A stretch of 63,990 nucleotides of DNA, counting the filler, from Diploschistes diacapsis (lineage: Eukaryota): NCBI GenBank assembly GCA_023645945.1. It is 4 parts of 4 records of this genome, joined end to end, with 100 filler letters (N's around TTAATTAATTAA, not from the genome) between each part and the next. Parts side by side here need not be neighbours in the genome. Positions count along the whole stretch, not along the records: positions 49,235 to 63,990 come from JALAIB010000586.1; 3 more parts are not named here. One strand, written 5' to 3'. The notes under the pieces were generated by a model. The model had not been told where the DNA came from. It worked only from the letters and a program-made list of their open reading frames with translations, and searched no databases. Of the stretch, positions 63,481 through 63,990 are shown piece after piece (the first letter of the stretch is position 1; each line of letters starts with the position of its first letter). A program made the position numbers and the translations under genes.

Positions 63481-63990
63481 ACATAGACAGAGCCTGTTTT
63501 TTGCTTCGTGGAAAAGGGCCACGGCATCTCGCATCCTCTCGAGTCCTACCAGCTATAAGCTGTATGAAGCGCAAACAGAAGGTACATCCGAGCCTACAGT
63601 ACCTAGAGCATCAATTTTTTTTACATCATGAACCATGAAACCCCCCGTCGAACTTCTCCTATGCATCCCTCCCAGGCCTCGGGCTCCAAAGTCCCCGATC
63701 AAGTTTACCGAGAGGGGAAATTCCTGGTCCCATTCCCTTAGGTAAAAAACGCGGGGGGGAAGGGGAAGAGGTGTTTTGCTTATCAGCCCAACTGCCTCTT
63801 TCTTTCTTTCTTTTTTTTTTCTTCTTCTTTTGGGATTTGGATTCGATGTTCTGCGGTTTATGCAAGAGACGCAGCACGGCTTGTGTGGCGATGTGGGGTG
63901 AGAAACGTGGGCGGATATTTTAAGTTTTATCTGCATCGGATGCAAGGTGGTGTGGGTTGTGCATGCCGGTCGGGGCGGGGAGAAAAGGGG

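Overview
Eukaryotic DNA from a filamentous ascomycete (Pezizomycotina), inferred from short GT-AG introns with CTAAC-type branch sites and from fungal-type orthologs. The window is not one locus. It is four contigs joined by artificial 100-bp N44-TTAATTAATTAA-N44 linkers, apparently sorted by length (>=16313, 16311, 16310 bp, then a partial contig), so adjacency across the linkers means nothing. Conserved genes: class I chitin synthase, LMW-PTP, Xaa-Pro aminopeptidase, SEC24, SEC8, ARG7, SEC61, a PlsC-type acyltransferase, RAD10/ERCC1, an SDR, a Nudix hydrolase, CDC48 and a PQ-loop transporter. Many pseudogenes are interspersed. The most unusual structure is an ~8 kb island between RAD10 and the SDR gene (39005-47054). 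It is bounded by a perfect 21-bp inverted repeat containing a GCGAAGC mini-hairpin. It holds four decayed or fragmentary genes (metallophosphoesterase, ankyrin, MFS, P450) and one intact, intronless ~855-aa ORF with a C-terminal HCE...CCPAC zinc-deaminase (OTT_1508-like) domain. Contig 4 carries decayed hemicellulose-utilisation genes (a GH30 relic, and a divergent GH51 plus sugar porter pair). All family calls come from motifs recognised by eye; no database searches were run.
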